The position numbers were made by a program, and so were the translations under genes. This document shows positions 60,794 through 64,000 of a stretch of 64,000 nt of DNA, one piece after another. The notes under the pieces were generated by a model. The model worked only from the letters and a program-made list of their open reading frames with translations. It did no database searches and was not told the origin of the DNA. Each line of letters starts with the position of its first letter. The stretch's first letter is position 1. The stretch comes from Trichodelitschia bisporula (Eukaryota). The stretch lies in the NCBI GenBank assembly GCA_010356995.1, contig ML996699.1, forward strand, positions 62,001 through 126,000, in the 5' to 3' direction.

Positions 60794-63700
60794 GGCTCGC
60801 CTGTGCTGAGGGTGCAGGAGCAAATATGAAGCTAGAATGCTACGAGAGAAACGACGTGCCTGCCCCGGACTGATTTCCGGTCCGTCTGGCATGACTAGGG
60901 CGAGGGAAGATGTACTTTCGTGAGGTCTTGTCAGTGACACCGAGATGTTAAGCCAACTTGAGGAAAGGCAGATGTTCGTCTGAGGAGAAGTGCACAAGTG
61001 GTTCCCACAGTCTGGGTCGAGTGAGTGTAGTCACCACTGTCAGCCAATTCGTACTCCAGCAACGAAGGGGTGACGGCTCATGATTTATCCTCCAGCATCA
61101 CCAAAACGCGCTTTTAGGAGGCCCGACTTCAATAAAGGGGCATTGATGAAGTCAAACCCGTGCCGGGAACGCGAATCAAGCAAAGAGCAAGACGAGGCGT
61201 GCAAGTTGAAGTCCCACGACAGCAATCAGCCAGGCTGAAACGACTGCGAGATATTACCATGCTACAACCCGCTTCCTGAACGGAAGCCGAGCTTGTACTC
61301 ATAATGGAAAGCAATCACATGTCTCATGTCGTCGCGGCTAACCCCTTGTCTCCGGGGCTGCCTCTGAAAGCATCAGAAGGGCTGGAGAGAAGCAAATGCC
61401 GATAGTAACGATGGCAAACTCAAGCTCCGGAGGTAAACAGTGGTCCGATGTCTCTAATACCGCCCACGGTACTTGCTGGTCACGGGAGCTAACCCCGCGA
61501 ATTCGGAAGGTCGAGTCGATATTAGGCGGGGCGGGCCAAGTTTCTCCAGCCTCGACGTCCAGCCTCCGTGGTTCATCGCTGCTTGATGCTTTGAACGGTA
61601 GGCTGAGCAATGGCAGTCAGCAACGGCTGCTAGCTCGGTAAACGGTCAGAGATTGCCGATACGGACTATCAGATGCAAGGAGCTGGATGTTTGCGGGCAC
61701 GCAGATGAGCTGACAGGTGCATGCATCCTGGTGCATATCTGAAGTAAGCTTGACCCTCGCCGACCGGTATACGGCATTGCATCACAATGAAGCATGGCTC
61801 AAGATGAAGCCCGACATCAACGGTGATGCGGAGGCAACCCAATTGGGGCCTTTAGGCGCGGAGGCGAACTCCATGCCTTGGTGACGTCGGACAGGCGCCG
61901 GATGGCGGTGCTGCGGCGATCGACGCGAAGGAAATGTCCAGCATGGCTTTATGGCAGGGTTGGCAGGCGCCCGCCTCGGTGGAAACACCATGCAGGCAAT
62001 ATAAAAAAGGTGGGAGACAATTTGGCCCCCGGCCCAACGGATGGGGATCGACGGGCGCTGGTCGCCTGTTGTTGGTGTTCCGGCAATCGGCTACCCACTT
62101 CGGCCTCAGAATCGAGCAGAATACGCGATCTACCAAAATGGGCAGCTTCCGTCATTTTTCTCTCCGCAGCCTCAATTCGACGGACGTTGGATTGCAATTT
62201 AATCCGCATACGGTGGCTGGCGCCCGCGTCCAGATCCTTATCCTAGGGCTGCAGTTGACCCTGGCAGGCTGCGGTACCCTTGTTGACGCCTTACGAGCGA
62301 GGAGAAAAAATGGTGCATCCGGATTCGGCCAATATGTTCGACCCTCAAATCGAGCAAACACAAACACGCCGTGCAGTTCAACTCAAAGAAGGGGGGGCAT
62401 TGGTGGGCCACACTTTGGCTTTGAGCTACGTTTCCGGGGAGGCGAGATATTAAGGACTTGAAGCAGAAGGCTCCACAACGCGGGCCACGACTGACATGGA
62501 TGGAACATAGCGTTGTGTGTCTCTACCGGAGCCGGCACTGCGTTCCTGCGTCACCGGCCTGCAAGCTGGTGCAAGCCGTCGGCAGCAGTTGCGGTCACGG
62601 CGAACGGCGGGGCAGGTCGAGTCGTGGGTTTGTGGTCCGAAGCCGTAACGGCCATGCCGTATCAGGCTCTCGTGCGTGCGCAAGTTCAGTCTTGGGGCTT
62701 GACTCTTGACAGGTCCTCTTTTTTTGACTCCCTTGCGTGCGATGAGTCGGGTTATTTGACAAGCCAAAAAAGCATCTTGACTAGACGGCTAATATGTAGC
62801 GTGGAGCGATATTATGCCGTCGTCGGGGAAAGCGGAACCGCATCCCAAATCCCTGGGGGTGTTCGAAATCTGAAAGTTTGACTCTTGCGTCAGCCCCAGA
62901 CCCGGCCCGATGCGAAGTAAGGCTGGGTTTCCATAACCTAACCGTATTGAGCTCATCAGAAGCGCAGAAGCGGGCGGAAAACATTGCAGGCGGGCTGATG
63001 GGGACGACATCCCGGGCAAGACGTTGGAGCGGGGTGGAGCCGGCGACGCAAGCAAACAGCGGGGTCCTTACCCTTTGGCAAGGGCCGACATAATCCACAC
63101 ACGATCCGTTTCTCTCCGACAGATTTCAGGAAGCGAAGAAGAAAGAGACGATGCACAACAGAACGCCACGGTCGAAGTAGACTTGTGGAATTGAGGCGTC
63201 GACGGGAACGGGAGAGATTGGCGCAGGAGCAGGCGTCTGGAAGTCTGAAACGGCCAGGACGAAGCTTCAGCAACACGTGTGCGACGGGCAATATGCCTTG
63301 GGACAGATCGCAGAGGGGCTGTGCTGCGACGCTGTGTTCAAGCCTTGAAGCCTTGGGGCTTGTTAGGGCCAGCTCTCACCCCATCTTTTGGAGATGCCGC
63401 GGTGCTGTTGTGACTTGCTGCGTTGTTTCGAGAGAGTGTTCTATCGTGCAATGGTGGCTAGAACTAGTCGAAGGAGAGTAATTGCTAGCTTTAGAGCATT
63501 ACGGAACTCTGCATTAGCTTTGTCCTTTGCGGTTTGTACTTAGATCATGCTTTCCAGCTCCCACCGACCCACGGTTCAGTCTGCGCTCCACGCCCATGGC
63601 CCATGGTTCATGGCACCATGGCGGACGCGCTAGAAGCCTTCTTTGAGTGCCGCGAATTGCCCTAGCGGAGAATTGCTAGACGTCGACGGATCAACGTAGT

Positions 63701-64000
63701 GCGTAGACTAGAAGCTGGTCGCAGCAGAAGTCGTACATTGAGCCTGAGGAGGGGAAGAGCGATCTGCGACGAGGGTTCCGCCTTGCTTGAGCCTCTCGCA
63801 TGCACGTCGCAAAGTTTCCAGTCGCTGCGCAGACATGACAGGCGCCCGCGTGCTCGCTTGGCCCCTTGGGGCGTCACGGATGCAGCCTGGGTGCTGCCGT
63901 CGGTGGTAGGAGGGCGGAGCGGAGGGTGTCACGGGAGGAGGCCTAGACGCAGAGACCTGAGAGGTCGAATTCGAGACGATGAGAAACCACGGGAGGGAAA

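Overview
GC-rich genomic DNA from a filamentous ascomycete (Pezizomycotina, inferred from short GT-AG introns with CTRAC branch sites and from gene content). About 17 apparently intact intron-bearing or single-exon genes: beta-carbonic anhydrase, two alpha/beta hydrolases, a vWA protein with G/P/Q/Y-rich ends, a MARVEL protein, a CE4 deacetylase, an SDR, a Pho2/Phx1-type homeobox factor, DUG3, MGM1, a DCG1-like racemase, a small secreted protein, a PDR ABC transporter, an MFS transporter, a membrane-anchored pepsin-fold protein, a 51-aa membrane microprotein and MsrB. Two accessory regions stand out. (1) A dispersed 5S rRNA gene is split at nt 19/20 (36611-36629 and 42274-42372) by a 5.6-kb insertion. 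The insertion has imperfect terminal inverted repeats and a CCATAG direct repeat. It carries a PNP_UDP-NACHT NLR-like gene with one in-frame stop, an RNA 3'-phosphate cyclase fragment and a perfect 150-bp inverted repeat, but no visible recombinase. It looks like a captainless, Starship-like 5S-targeting cargo element. (2) At 11.4-20.7 kb there is an array of four DUF3425-type paralogues, all disabled, sharing a conserved palindromic upstream block and interrupted by solo-LTR-like repeats. All calls come from reading the sequence by eye; no database search was run.
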